The notes beneath the pieces were generated by a model, which did no database searches, was not told the origin of the DNA, and saw nothing but the letters and a program-made list of their open reading frames with translations. From Malacoraja senta (taxonomy: Eukaryota), in NCBI GenBank assembly GCA_038087875.1, contig CM075995.1, forward strand, positions 8,310,001 to 8,374,000: a stretch of DNA of 64,000 nt. The letters are read 5' to 3'. A program made the translations under genes and the position numbers. Of the stretch, positions 11,753 to 25,695 are shown in pieces. Position 1 is the stretch's first letter, and every line of letters starts with the position of its first letter.

Positions 11753-13465
11753 TTGTGTGAAAATATTACCCCTCAGATTCCTATTAAATCTATTCCCCTT
11801 CACCTTGAACCTATGTCCTCTGGTCCTCGATTCCCCTACTCTGGGCGAGAGACTCTGTGCAGTCTGAAGAAGGGTTTCGGCCCGAAACGTTGCCTATTTC
11901 CTTCGCTCCATAGATGCTGCTGCACCCGCTGAGTTTCTCCAGCACTTTTGTCTACCTTCGATTTTCCAGCATCTGCAGTTCCTTCTTAAGCATCTACCCG
12001 ATCTATTCCACTCATGATTTTGTACACCTCTATAAGATCTCCCCTCATCCTCCTGCGCTCCATGGAATAGAGTCCCAGCCTGCTCAACCTCTCCCTGTAG
12101 CTCACACCCTCTAGTCCTGGCAACATCCTCGTAAATCTTCTCTGAACCCTTTTCAAGCTTGACAATATCATTCCTATAACATGGTGCCCAGAACTGAACA
12201 CAATATTCTAAATGCGGCCTCAGGATACGGGCACGTGTAGCAGAATATGGTGAAAAGCTTTTGTGTTTGTTTGCGTGCTATCCGGTCAAATCGTACTCTT
12301 CATGAGAACAATCAAGCCTTACACAAGTACAATACGCCGGGGCAACAACACCCGGTGTGAACGGCCAGGAACATCGGGCCTCCGTAGAGGCAACTGTGGA
12401 GGCCTCAATAGGCCTGACTTTGGGTGAACTGGGGTTGGGGACTGGACATTGTGCCTTCCCCCGCAGTGGTAATCATTGTGGGGGGATGATTTGTGTGTGT
12501 AAATGATATTTTAATTTGTGTCCAAGATGGCTGCCGGAAGGGAGAGTGGACGCTGGCGTGCTTTAGCAGCCGCTGCTCTCACTTCCATATTGTGTTTTTG
12601 ATTTTTGTTTTTGGATTGAATTCTCTCTTTAATTTGTGTACTCGTGATGTCTTTACTATTTATTTCATTCCGCTTACATGTTTCTACTATTTGTTAAACT
12701 TTGTAAGGTGTCCTTGAGACTTTTGAAAGGCGCCCATAAATAAAATGTATTATTATTATTATTATTATTAATAGATGAGGGTTTGACAGCACTGGGCCTG
12801 TATTCGCTGGAGTTTAGAAGAATGAGGGGGGACCTCATTAAAACATACAGAATAGTGAAAGGCTTGGATAGAGTGGATGTGGAGAGGATGTTTCCACTAG
12901 TGGGAGAGTCTAGGACCAGAGGCCACAGCCTCAGAATTAAAGGATGTTCTTTTAGGATGGGGACGAGAAATATCTTTACTCAGAGGCTGGTGAATCTGTG
13001 GCATTCTTTGCCACAGAAGGCTTTGGAGGTCAGGTCAGTGGATATTTTTTAAGGCACAGACAGATAGACTTGATTAGTACGGGTGTCAGAGGTTATGGGG
13101 AGAAGGCAGGAGAATGGGGTTAGGAGGGAGAGATAGATCGAATAGTGGATTAGACTTGATGGGCCGAATGGCCTAATTCTACTCCTTATGAGAGGGGAAA
13201 GATTTCTTCGGCACTGGAGAGGCAACTTGTTCTCACAGAGGGCAGTGGGTGCATGGAACGAGCTGCCAGAGGAGGTAGTTGAGTCAGGTGCTGTAATATT
13301 TAAAAGTCATTTGAATGGGTACATGATCTTTTCAATCAGTCAAGTCCAAAGCATAATCCAAATGTTAAGCTTAGTTGCCGGGATGATGGTGGAAAAGGCC
13401 AGTTTTCAACTTTTCCAGTTTTCAACTTTCAGCTTCCAACTTTTTTAATTTCTATTTTTCTGCAG

Positions 13466-13620
13466 CCAAAAGGGCACGATCTAGTACAACGGAGTGTCCT
13501 GGGACACATTCTTCCCGAAGCCATGGTCTGTTACTTGGAAAACTATGAACCGGAAAGGTTTTCGGAGATCTTCCTGGGTGAATTTGATACGCCAGAAGCA
13601 ATTTGGAGCAATGAAATGAG
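13466..13620 (+). CDS. DNAJC13: DNAJC13 exon: [51 protein letters not shown](R)
   Basis: AG/GT boundaries, phase 0 to 2, IWN-type repeat motif. Confidence 0.96.
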
Positions 13621-13864
13621 GTACGGGCCTAACGTTCCTCTGACCGCTGTCAGCCCGTCTACTCTTTCTACACAATCATGTTATCACACTCCACTTTCTG
13701 CTGGATGTCATGGTCATCAACCTGCGGTATAGGCTCGATTACTACGGGTGTCGGATTATGGGGAGAATGGGATTCGGAGGGAGGGATAGATCAGCCATGA
13801 ATGAATGGCGGAGTATTAGAGATACAGCACCGATGGGCCGAATGGCCTAATTCTGCTCCTATTG

Positions 13865-14425
13865 TATTGTGTCCAGTTTTGGTCTCCTAATTTGAGGAAG
13901 GACGTCCTTGCGATGGAGGCAGTGCGGCCGAAGGTTCACGAGATTGATCCCTGGGATGGCGGGACTGTCATATGAGGAAAGATTGAAAAGACTAGGCTTA
14001 TACTCACTGGAGTTTAGAAGGATGAGGGGGGGTGGGATCTTATAGAAACATATAAAATTATAAAAGGACTGGACAGGCTAGATGCAGGAAAAATGTTCCC
14101 AATGTTGGGCGAGTCCAGAACCAGGGGGCACAGTCTTAGAATAAAGGGGGAGGTCATTTAAGACTGAGGTGAGAAAAAATGTTTTCACCCAGAGAGTTGT
14201 GAATTGTGGAATTCCCTGCCCTGGAGGGCAGTGGAGGCAAAGTCACTGGATGGATTTAAGAGAGAGTTAGAAAGAGCTCTAGGGGCTAGTGGAATCAAGG
14301 GATATGGGGAGAAGGCAGGCACGGGTTATTGATTGGGGACGATCAGCCATGATCACAATGAATGGCGGTGCTGGCTCGAAGGGCCGAATGGCCTCCTCCT
14401 GCACCTATTTTCTATGTTTCTATCA
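13865..14425 (+). mobile_element. CR1 3' fragment
   Basis: ORF2 C-terminal motifs and TTCTATGT tail. Confidence 0.88.
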
Positions 14426-15777
14426 CATGACCTTATGACTTGTTTAACACCTTACTGAAATGGGTGCATGCTGTTCAGTTTATTGTCTCGTGTAACGAGG
14501 TTGAGTGAAAAGGACTGTCGGGGTCCTTTGCTGCAGTCAAGGGGGGGAGGTATAAGGACGGGTGTTGCATCCCCTGTGGGGAGGGGGTGGTTTGGGTGGG
14601 AAGGGACGAGTTAACCAGGGAGTTGCGGAGAGAGCGGTCTCTGCGGAATGGGATGGGGGGGGGGAAGATGTGACTCTAATTCAGGTGCAGAATGAGAGAT
14701 TGTGTATTGGTGTGGGAGTCCAAAGTTCAGTTTAGTTTATCGTACCTCTTGCCTGATGGGAGAGGGGAGAAGAGGTAGCGGCCGGGGTGCGACTGGTCCT
14801 TGATTATGCTGCTGGCCTTGCCGAGGCAGCGTGGGGTGTAGATGTGGTCAACAGAAGGGAGGATGGTTTGTGTGACGGTCTGGGCTGCGTCCATAATTTT
14901 CCGCGATTTAGACAATAGACAATAGACAATGGGTGCAGGAGTAGGCCATTCAGCCCTTCGAGCCAGCACCGCCATTCAATGTGATCATGGCTGATCATCC
15001 CCAATCAGTACCCCGTTCCTGCCTTCTCCCCATATCCCTTGACTCCGCTATTTTTAAGAGCCCTATCTAGCTCACTCTTGAAAGCATCCAGAGAACCGGC
15101 CTCCACCGCCCTCTGAGGCAGAGAATTCCACAGACTCACCACTCTCTGTGAGAAAAAGTGTTTCCTCGTCTCCGTTCTAAATGGCTTACTCCTTATTCTT
15201 AAACTGTGGCCCCTGGTTCTGGACTCCCCCAACATCAGGAACATGTTTCCTGCCTCTAGCGTGTCCAAAACCCTCAACAATCTTATCTGTTTCACAAGTT
15301 CACAAGTTGCAGGAGTAGAATTAGGCCATTCGGCCCAGTTCAGTTCAGTTCAGTCCCATCGAGTCTACTCCGCCATTCAATCATGGCTGATCTCTGCCTC
15401 CTCATCCCATTCTCGTGCCTTCTCCCCATAACCCTCGACGCACGTTCTAATCAAGAACTTGTCTCGAGGGATCTGGGGAGAAGGCGGGAAAATGGGATTA
15501 GGAGGCGGAGATCAGGCAATTTATAGCTGGTCTTGGATGGAGCCGTTCCCAAACCAGGCTGTGATACATCCCGATAAAATGCTTTCTACGGCGCATCTGC
15601 GTAAGTTATAGAAGAACACTATTGACTCCATTACATTTCCAGGTAATTTTAAACCAGCATAGTTTGTATGAGTGTCTTGGTATGAGCTGCCAAATAAAGT
15701 TCTATTTAAGCTTTGTCGTAATAAAGCTGAATAATATCATGGCATCCAATCCAGTCTGTTGTGTAGAACCTTATTTG

Positions 15778-16458
15778 GATGAAAGTAAGCATGCAGGTAC
15801 AGCAGGCAGTGAAGAAAGTGAACGGCATGTTGGCCTTTATAACAAGAGGAATTGAATATAGGAGCAAAGAGGTCCTTCTGCAGTTGTACAGGGCCCTAGT
15901 GAGTCCACACCTGGAGTATTGTGTGCAGTTTTGGTCCCCTAATTTGAGGAAGGACATTCTTGCTATTGAGGGAGTGCAGCGTAGGTTTACAAGGTTAATT
16001 CCCGGGATGGCGGGACTGTCATATGCTGAGAGAATGTAGCGGCTGGGCTTGTACACTCTGGAGTTTAGAAGGATGAGAGGGTATCTTATTGAAACGTATA
16101 AGATTATTAAGGGTTTGGACACGCTAGAGGCAGGAAACATGTTCCCGATGTTGGGGGAGTCCAGAACCAGGGGCCACAGTTTAAGAATAAGGGGTAAGGC
16201 ATTTAGAACGAGGAAACACTTTTATCACACAGAGATTGGTGAGTCTGTGGAATTCTCTGCCTCAGAGGGTGGTGGAGGCCGGTTCTCTGGATACTTTCAA
16301 GAGGGAGCTAGATAGGGCTCTTAAAAATAGCGGAGTCAGGGGATATGGGAAGAAGGCAGGAACGGGATACTGATTGGGGATGATCAGCCATGATCACATT
16401 GAATGGCAGGGCTGGCTCGAAGGGCCGAATGGCCTACTCCTGCCCCTATTGTCTATTG
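15778..16458 (+). mobile_element. CR1 3' fragment
   Basis: [18 protein letters not shown] and RTRGHSL motifs with premature stop. Confidence 0.9.
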
Positions 16459-16767
16459 ATTAATTAAAGCTAAAAGCCACTGAGCATGCATTCACTATCT
16501 TTAAGGAAATTAGCCACCACTTACCACTCAAATATGTTTGTGAATCCATTATTACATGCGGCTGTCTAAAAGTACTGGTAGAAACAATGAACTGCAGATG
16601 CTGGTTTACAAAAAAGGACAAAATGCTGGAGTAACTCAGTGGGTCAGGCAGCATCTCCGGAGAACATGGATCGGTGACGTTTCACAAAACTGATAACAAA
16701 GAAAAAAATATTGGAAGATTGTAATTTCTGTGATCTAATCGAATTGATTTTCCGTTCTCTATAATAG

Positions 16768-16969
16768 GCGATTAACCATTGAGAAGATTGCTGCTCATTT
16801 AGCAGACTTTACCCCGCGCTTACAAAGCAACACAAGAGCCTTGTATCAGTACTGCCCGATCCCCGCCATCAGCTACCCTCAACTGGAAAATGAGCTGTTC
16901 TGTAACATCTACTACCTTAAGCATCTCTGTGATACCGTCCGATTCCCCGACTGGCCCATCAAAGATCCA
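16768..16969 (+). CDS. DNAJC13: DNAJC13 exon: [41 protein letters not shown]
   Basis: AG/GT boundaries, phase 2 to 0, strong match to recalled RME-8 sequence. Confidence 0.96.
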
Positions 16970-16989
16970 GTAAGTCTTTTTTTTTTCCC

Positions 16990-17520
16990 CCCTCAATTTG
17001 AGGAAGGACATTCTTGCTATTGAGGGAGTGCAGCGTAGGTTTACAAGGTTAATTCCCGGGATGGCGGGACTGTCATATGCTGAGAGAATGGAGCAGCTGG
17101 GCTTGTACACTCTGGAGTTTAGAAGGATGAGAGGGGTCTCATTGAAACATATAAGATTGTTAAGGGGTTTGGAAACGCTAGAGGCAGGAAACATGTTCCC
17201 GATGTTGGGGGAGTCCAGAAGCAGGGGCCACACAGTTTAAGAATAAGGAGTAAGCCATTTAGAACGGAGACGAGGAAACACTTTTTCTCACAGAGAGTGG
17301 TGAGTCTGTGGAATTCTCTGCCTCAGAGGGTGGTGGAGGCAGGTTCTCTGGATGTTTTCAAGAGAGAGCTAGATAGGGCTCTTAAAAATAGCGGAGTCAG
17401 GGGATATGGGGAGAAGGCAGGAACGGGGTCCTGATTGGGGATGATCAGCCATGATCACATTGAATGGCGGGGCTGGCTCGAAGGGCCGAATGGCCTACTC
17501 CTGCACCTATTGTCTATTGT
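16990..17520 (+). mobile_element. CR1 3' fragment starting ~20 nt after the exon donor
   Basis: [21 protein letters not shown] motif and CR1 tail. Confidence 0.9.
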
Positions 17521-18129
17521 CAATTCATTGAATCATGGCGTGATACAGCATGGAAAAGGCCCTTCAGCCCAACATGCCCACACCAGCCAACATATCCCGG
17601 CTACACTTGTCCCTCCTGCCTGCGTTTGGTCCATATCCCTCCAAACTTGTCCTATCCATGTACCTGTCTAACTGTTTCTTAAACGTTGGGATAGTCCCTG
17701 CCTCAACTACCTCCACCGGCAGCTTGTTCCATACACCCACCACCCTTTGTGTGAAAGAGTTACCCCTCAGATTCCTATTAAATCTTTACCCCTTCACCTT
17801 AAGATCTCTGTCCTTTGGTGTAAGAAAGAACTGCAGATGCTGGTTGAAAGCAAAGGTAGACACAAAGTGCTGGAGTGACTCAGCGGGTGAGGCAGCATCT
17901 CTGGAGAGAAGGAATGGGCGACGTTCGGGTCGAGACCCTTCTTCAGTCTGTACTTGTAAGTGTCGTCCGGAGATGCAACCTCTCCAGAGATGCTACCTCG
18001 CCCACTGAGTTACTCCAGCGTTTTGTGTCAACCTATGTCCTCTGGCCTGCGATTTATCTACTCTGGGCAAGAGACTCTGTGCATCTACCCGATCGATTCC
18101 TCTCAGGATTTCGTACACCTCTATAAGAG

Positions 18130-18800
18130 GTAGGAAAAGGTTCGGAACAAATCAGGGCCGGCACCGATAGCCCAGGAAAGGTGGAGCCCACAATGGTGCA
18201 TTGTTGGCGGTGGAAGAGGATACGAACATTGAGGGCGACAATCAAGGGCAGCTACAGTGGGGGATGGGCAGAGAGAGATGGGTTACCAGGGTTACTCGAA
18301 GTTAGAGAAGTCAATGTTCATACCGCTGGGGTGTAAGAGACCCAAGCGAAATATGAGGAGCTGTTCCTCCAATTTGCGTTTGGCCTCACTCTGACAATGG
18401 AGGAGGCCCAGGACAGAAAGGTCAGTGCGGGAATGGGAGGGGAAGTTAACGTGTTTGGCAAACCGGGTGATCGGGTAGGCCAAGGCAGACTAAACTTAGC
18501 TGTTCGACGACACGATCGCCAAGCCTGCGCTTGGTGTCGCCGATACATAGGAGTCCACACCTGGAACAGCGGATACAGTAGATGAGGTTGGAGGAGCTGC
18601 AAGTGGAATTCTGCCGCACCTCAAAGGATTGTCGTGGTCCTTGGGCGGAGTCGAGTGGAGGTATAGGGACAGGTGTTGCATCTCCTGCGGTTGCAGGGGA
18701 AGGTACCTGGGTAGAGGGAGGGTGGTGTGGGCGGGAAGGGATGTTGACCAGGAAGTTGCAGAGGAAACGGTCTCTGCGGAAAGCGGTGCAGATGGGAAGA
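18130..18800 (-). mobile_element. Penelope-like element 3' fragment (GIY-YIG endonuclease)
   Basis: Minus frames give PCNRRRCNTC, SSNLIYCIRC..IGDTKRRLGDR and RKLEEQLLIFRLG..PSGMNIDF. Confidence 0.82.
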
Positions 18801-19691
18801 TTCTGAGGCGCTGGTCAGGCCGCATTTGAAGTATTGTGACCAGTTTTGGGCCCCATATCTGAGGAGGGATGTGCTGGCTCTGGAGAGGGGCCCAGAGGAG
18901 GTTGACGAGAATGATCCCAGGAATGAGTCGGTTAACATGTGATGAGCGTTTGACAGCACTGGGCCTGTACTCGCTGGAGTTTGCTCAGAGTGCCTTGAGG
19001 AGTGTTGGAAGAGCTCAGTGGGATAGGCAGCATCTGAAGTCCCGACCCAAAGACCTTTACATGAATTTTATGCTACCATTTTATTTTTTAGTTTAATTTA
19101 AAGATACATCGTGGAAACAGGCCCTTCGGCCGGCCGAGTCCACGCAGACCAGTGATCAGTTGAGTTTATTGTCACGTGTACCGAGGTACAGTGAAAAGCT
19201 TTTGTTGCGTGCTAGCCAGTCAGCGGGAAGACAATACGTGATTACAATCGAGCCGTTTACAGTGTGTGGATACATGATAAGGGAATAACGTTCAGTGCAA
19301 GGTAAAGTCAGCAAAGTCCGATCAAGGATAGACTAAGGGTCACCAATGAGGTAGATAGTTCAGCACCGCTCTCTGGTTGTGGTAGGATGATTCAGTTGCC
19401 TGATAACAGCTGGGAAGAAACTGTCTCTGAATTTGGATCCCCGCACACTAACACTATCCTACACACACGAGGGACAATGTACAATTTTACCCAAGCCAAT
19501 TTACCTGCAAACCTGCACGTCTTTGGAGTGTGGGAGGAAACCCGGAGAGAACCCATGCGGGTCACGGGGAGAACGTGCAAACTCCACACAGACAGCGCCC
19601 GGTCGGGATGGAGCGCGGGTCGCTGGCGCTGTGAGGCAGCAACTCTACCGTACCTAATGTTGACGTTTGAGCTTGCCGCATCCTGTTCTAG

Positions 19692-19807
19692 GTGAGGTTG
19701 CTGAAAGACACGCTGGATGCTTGGAAGAAAGAAGTGGAAAAGAAGCCGCCTTCAATGTCGATCGAAGAGGCGTACGATGTGCTGAACCTCCCGAAGGGCC
19801 AAGGAAT
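19692..19807 (+). CDS. DNAJC13: DNAJC13 exon: [38 protein letters not shown](M)
   Basis: AG/GT boundaries, phase 0 to 2, start of J-domain. Confidence 0.96.
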
Positions 19808-20137
19808 GTGAGTAGCTTATGCAAGCTTTAAGCTGAAGGATAAGGCTAGGCCATTTAGGACTGAGGTGAGGAAAAAGAAATTCACCCAGAGAGTTGTGAA
19901 TCTGTGGAATTCTCTGCCACAGAAGGCAGCGGAGGCCAATTCTCTGGATGCTTTCAAGAGAGAGTTAGATTTAGCTCTTAGGGCTGAGGGAATCAAGGGA
20001 TATGGGGGAAAAAGCCGGAACGGGGTACTGATTTTAGATGATCAGCCATGATCATATTGAATGGCGGTGCTGGCTTGAAGGGCTGAATGGCCTACTCCTG
20101 CATCTATGTTTCTATGTTCAAGGGATCAAGGGATATG

Positions 20138-20927
20138 CAGAGCTGCCAAGAAGTACGGATTTCCCGTATTTTGTACCAAAATGCGTTAAGAATACGGATG
20201 TACGGATTTGCTTTGTAAAATACGGATTTTTTATAAAATCAGCCCGACTTCCTGTTTCATCTTGCTACTTAAAAAATGCAAGGATATAAAAAGTCATACT
20301 GTAACTCTAAAAATCACAGCAGATTAAATCTATTAGTATTTAAAATGTCAAGGTCTGGATGATTATTTTGTAAGCTTTGATCTGCCTGTCCCGCTACAGG
20401 TTTAAACAGCGCTGTCAGTTTAACGCGTGGGGATTTAAACAAACAGCGCTATGGGTTCTAATTATGGCGCTGCCAGCTGCAGCGCTGTTGCCTTTACACG
20501 TAGCGCTATGGCCACAGCGCTATGGGTCATAGACTGTTCGGGGAGGGAGAAGGAGGGAGGGAGAGAGGGAGGGAGGGAGGGAGAAAAAAAGAAAGGAGAG
20601 AGGGAGGAAGAGAGGGAGGGAAAGGGGGAGGGAGAGAGAACGAGGGAGGGAGAGGGAGGCTTCCAAAATGGCTTCGACATCATCATCTGGTGCTAAAAGC
20701 AGGAAGCAGCTGTTCAAACAGATGGCAATGAATGCACTGTCAAGTAAGGTGCGTAGAAGACAATTGGCAGCAAAGTTATGCAATCTTGTACACTTACATG
20801 GGTATGACCACACTTTAAAAAAAAATTCAGCAAAATGGTATCGCGTATAAATACTGATTTCCTCAGCAAAATACTGATTTTCAGGTACTAGAATACAGAA
20901 ATACTCTGACAAAACTTGGCGGCTCTG
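20138..20927. mobile_element. Non-autonomous hAT-like DNA transposon
   Basis: TIRs CAGAGCTGCCAAG / CTTGGCGGCTCTG; GATATG duplicated on both sides inside a CR1; subterminal TACGGAT and ATACTGATTT repeats. Confidence 0.75.
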
Positions 20928-21287
20928 GATATGGGGAGAAGGCAGGAACGGGGTACTGATTGGGGATGATCAGCCATGATCACATTGAATGCCGGTGCTG
21001 GCTCGAAGGGCCCAATGGCCTACTCCTGCACCTATTGTCTATGTTTATTGGATCAGGAGAAAATAACCCTGAGCTCGAATAGTGAAAGGCCTGGATGTTT
21101 AGAGATACGGCACAGAAACAGGCCCATCGAGTCCGCGCCGACCAGCAATCACTCCGTATACTAGCCCTATCCAACACACACACAAGGGACAATTAACCTA
21201 CAATCCCGCATGTCTTTGGAGTGTTGCATGTCTTTGGAGTGTCTTTGAAAATTCAGCGCCGGAGACCCGGGTTCGATCCCGACTATG

Positions 21288-21510
21288 GGTGCTGTCTGTA
21301 CGGAGTTTGTACCTTCTCCCCGTGACCTGCGTGGGTTTCTCTCTGAGGTCTTCCTCCCAAACCGTGCTGTCTGTACGGAGTTTGTACCTTCTCCCCGTGA
21401 CATGTGTGGGTTTCTCTCTGAGGTTTTCCTTCCAAACCGTGCTGTCTGTACGGAGTTTGTACCTTCTCCCCGTGACCTGCGTGGGTTTCTCTCTGAGGTC
21501 TTCCCTCCCA
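21288..21510. repeat. 75-bp tandem triplication inside an HE1-like SINE
   Basis: GTGCTGTCTGTACGGAGTTTGTACC.. x3, seen as 25-aa repeats in the ORF track. Confidence 0.9.
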
Positions 21511-21803
21511 CACCCCAAAGACGTACAGGTTTGTTGGTTAATTGGTTGGGTAAACGTAAAAAATTGTCCCAGTGGGTGTAGGATGGTGTTAATGTGCGGG
21601 GATCGCTGGTCGGCGCGGCCACGGTGGGCCGAAGGGCCTGTTTCCGCGCTGTATCTCTAAACTAAACGAAACTAGCTGAAGCTGGGTGGTGACAAAGTTC
21701 ACGTCAAAGTGTCGTTAAATTGACTCCAAAACAAAGTCGATGATCTTTTTGCTGAGAAATGTTTGTCGCGTGTGATCTGATGTGCCATGAATTTTCTTGA
21801 CAG

Positions 21804-21882
21804 GCAGGATGAGAGCAAGATAAGGAAAGCTTACTTCCGCCTTGCGCAGAAGTACCACCCCGACAAGAACCCCGAAGGAAGG
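21804..21882 (+). CDS. DNAJC13: DNAJC13 exon with J-domain [29 protein letters not shown]
   Basis: KYHPDKN motif; AG/GT, phase 2 to 0. Confidence 0.97.
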
Positions 21883-23540
21883 GTAGGTTCTGTGTGGGAG
21901 CAAAACGGCGGTGAATTGTTCAAGTCCCCTCGTGCACCATGTCTCGGAAGAACATTTAACCTGTTCAATCTGAGTTACTCAGGTCGTGGACAATAGTGGG
22001 TTTAAAAAAAAAACTTGGCAGAGAACAGGTTGAGCTCGAGAGACACAAGACACCGCAGAATGCCGGAATCTGGAGTAAAACGCAGAGTGCTGGAGTAAAA
22101 CCTAGCGGGTCAGGCGGCATCTGCGGAGAGAATGGACAAGCGGCGTTCTGGGCCCGCAACCTTCCTGAGGCTTCTTGTGACAACCAGCGGGGATAAAGCT
22201 GGAAGGGGGAGGTGGGGGGGTGCGATAAGGCATGGAAAGTGATGAGTGGGAAGGAACTGCTGGTGCTGGTTTACACCGGAGACGGACACAAAATGCTGGA
22301 GTAACTCTGCGGGGGCAGGAGAGAAGGAACGGGTGACCTTTCGGGTCGGGACCCTTCTTCAGACCAGATCTGAATGCACGAAACGTCACCCATTGCTTCC
22401 CTCCAGAGATGCTGCCTGTCCCGCTGAGTTACTCCAGTATTTTGTGTCCATCTTGGAGAGTGATGGGTGGATACATGCGGGGGGGTGGGGGGGAGGGGGG
22501 GGGGGAGACAAAAGGTTATCTGATAAGGAGAGAGGAGGAATGAAATAGAAAGCCAGTGGGAGGTATGTAGGTGCAAGGGGACAGCGGGGAAGGCTTTGTC
22601 AAACCGCAGTCGGGCTTTGTGTTTTTATTATGTTTTAAAAGCAAAGTAAAAATCGGAAGTTGAGCATTGAACAGATGAATGTTTGATGAGCTTTTGACGG
22701 CACTGAGCCTGTACTCGTTGGAGTTTAGAAGGATGAGGGGAACACCTCATTGTAACTGATCAAACAGTGAAAGGCTCAGGTGGAGTGGATGTGGAGAGGA
22801 TGTTTCCACTAGTGGGAGAGTCTAGGACCAGAGGGCACAGCCTCAGAATCAAAGGACGTTCCTTTAGGAAGGAGAAGAGGAGGAATTTCTTTAGTCGGAG
22901 GGTGGTGAATCTGTGGGATTCTCTGCCACAGGAGACTGGAGTTCAAGTCAGTGGGTGCCAAGATTGTTAAGGGCTTGGACACGCTAGAGGCAGGAAACAT
23001 GTTCCCGATGTTGGGGGAGTCCAGAACCAGGGGCCACAGTTTAAGAATAAGGAGTACACCATTTAGAACGGAGACGAGGAAACACTTTTTCTCACAGAGA
23101 GTGGTGAGTCTGTGGAATTCTCTGCCTCAGAGGGCGGTGGAGGCCGGTTCTCTGGATGCTTTCAAGAGAGAGCTAGATGGGGCTCTTAAAAATAGCGGAG
23201 TCAGGAGATATGGGGAGAAGGCAGGAACGGGGTACTGATTGGGGATGATCAGACATGATCACATTGAATGGTGGTGCTGGCTCGAAGAGCCAAATGGCCA
23301 ACTCCTGCACCTATTGTCTATTGTTATGAGGAGAACGCAGGAGAATGGGGTTAGGAGGGAGAGATAGATCAGCCGTGATTGAATGGTGGAGTAGACTTGA
23401 TGGGCCGAATGGCCCAATTCTGATCCTATCACTTATGAACCTACTTGTTGAGGACAAAGTCTAGATTTGTTCATCTTCATCCTGTACATGCGTAATTGGC
23501 AATCTTGTAATCTTGTTTCTTCTGCGCTGATCATTTGAAG

Positions 23541-23676
23541 GACATCTTTGAAAAGGTGAATAAAGCTTATGAATACTTGTGCACAAAGTCGGCCAAGGCG
23601 GTGGACGGACCTGATCCCGAGAACATCATCCTAATCTTGAAAGCACAGACCATCCTCTTCAACAGATACAAAACGG
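23541..23676 (+). CDS. DNAJC13: DNAJC13 exon: [45 protein letters not shown]
   Basis: AG/GT, phase 0 to 1, end of J-domain. Confidence 0.96.
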
Positions 23677-25513
23677 GTGAGGTGACATCGATCTGAAATG
23701 TTGACGGACTTTTCCGAAATATACGAAAATATGAGGATACCTCTCTATTTCTTGGTTATAAACTTATATTTAATAGACAATAGACAATAGGTGCAGGAGT
23801 AGGCCATTCAGCCCTTCGAGCCAGCACTGCCATTCAATGTGATCATGGCTGATCATCCCCAATCAGTACCCCGTTCCTGCCTTCTCCCCATATCCCCTGA
23901 CTCTGCTATTTTTAAGAGCTCTATCTAGCTCTCTCTTGAAAGCATCCAGAGAACCTGCCTCCACTGAGGCAGAGAATTCCACAGACTCACCACTCTCTGT
24001 GAGAAAAAGTGTTTCCTCGTCTCCGTTCAAAATGGCTTACTCCTTATTCTTAAACTGTGGCCCCTGGTTCTGGACTCCCCCAACATCGGGAACATGTTTC
24101 CTGCCTCTAGCGTAAATGGTATTAAGTGCTCCCATCCATCACACAAACCAAACTCTCTTCTATTAAGTAGGAAGGAACTGCAGATGCTAGTTGAAACCGA
24201 AGATAGACACAAAATTCTTGAGTAACATAGAAACATACAAAATAGTTGCAGGAGGAGGCCATTTTGGCCCTTCGAGCCAGCACCGCCATTCATTGTGATC
24301 ATGGCTGATCGTCCACAATCAGTAACCCGTGCCTGCCTTCTCCCCATATCCCTTGATTCCGCTAGCCCCTAGAGCTCTATCTAGCTCTCTTTTAAATTCA
24401 TCCAGTGATTTGGCCTCAACTGCCTTCTGTGGCAGAGAATTCCACAAATTCACAACTCTCATCTCAGTCTTAAATAGTCTTAAATGGCCTCCCCTTTATT
24501 CTAAGACAGTGACCCCTGGTTCTGGACTCGCCCAACATTGGGAACATTTTTCCTTCATCTAGCTTGTCCAGTCCGTTTATAATTTTATACGTTTCTATAA
24601 GATACCCCCTCATCCTTCTAAACTCCAGTGAATACAAGCCCAGTCTTTCCAATCTTTCCTCATATGACAGTACCGCCATCCCGGGAATTAACCTGGTGAA
24701 CCTACGCTGCACTGCCTCAATAGCAAGGATGTCCTTTGTATGTTTTCCCCGTGACCTGCATGGGTTTTCTCCGAGATCTTCGGTTTCCTCCCATGTTTCA
24801 TAGACGATTTATTGGCTTGGTAAATGTAAAATTGTCCCCAGTGGGTGTTAATGTGCGGGGATCGCTGGTCGGCGCGGACCTGGTGGGCTGAAGGGCCTGT
24901 TTCCGCGCAGTATCTCGAAACTACACGTACCAACTCCGTACAGACAAGCACCCGCAGTAAGGATGGAACCCGGGTCTCTGGCGCTGTGAAGCATGAGGGG
25001 GTTTGGAAGGATGAGGGGGGATCTTATAGAAACATATAAAATTATAAAAGGACTGGACAAGCTAGATGCAGGAAAAATGTTCCCAATGTTGGGCGAGTCC
25101 AGAACCAGGGGCCACACAGTCTTAGAATAAAGGGAGGCCATTTAAGACTGAGGTGAGAAAACACTTTTTCACCCAGAGAGTTGTGAATTTGTGGAATTCC
25201 CTGACACGGCAGTGGAGGCCAAAATCACTGGATGGATTTAAGAGAGAGTTAAATAGAGCTCTAGGGGCTAGTGGAGTCAAGTGATATGGGGAGAAGGCAG
25301 GCATGGGTTATTGATTGGGGACGATCAGCCATGATCACAGTGAATGGCGGTGCTTGCTCAAAGGGCCGAATGGCCTCCTCCTGCACCTATTTTCTATGTT
25401 TCTATGAAGCAGCGACTGTGTATCTGTGCCGCCCCAAGCTGTGGGTTGGATGTGGTGGCAATCTTTTCCAGTTTTTAATTGCTCTAATTATTATGGTGCG
25501 ATTTTCCTCACAG

Positions 25514-25695
25514 ACCTGGAGCCCTATAAATATGCAGGATACCCAATGTTGATCAAGACCATCACCATGGAGACTTCAGACGATAAGATGTTCTCCAAGG
25601 TGTCCTTGCTGCCCGCTTCCACCGAGTTGGCCTTCCACACTGTCAACTGCTCAGCACTCAACGCCGAGGAACTGCGCAGAGAGAACGGGATAGAG
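25514..25695 (+). CDS. DNAJC13: DNAJC13 exon: (D)[24 protein letters not shown]
   Basis: AG/GT, phase 1 to 0. Confidence 0.96.

Noticed and set aside
21167..21660. ORFs with 25-aa repeats
   Set aside because: Result of the 75-bp triplication inside a SINE
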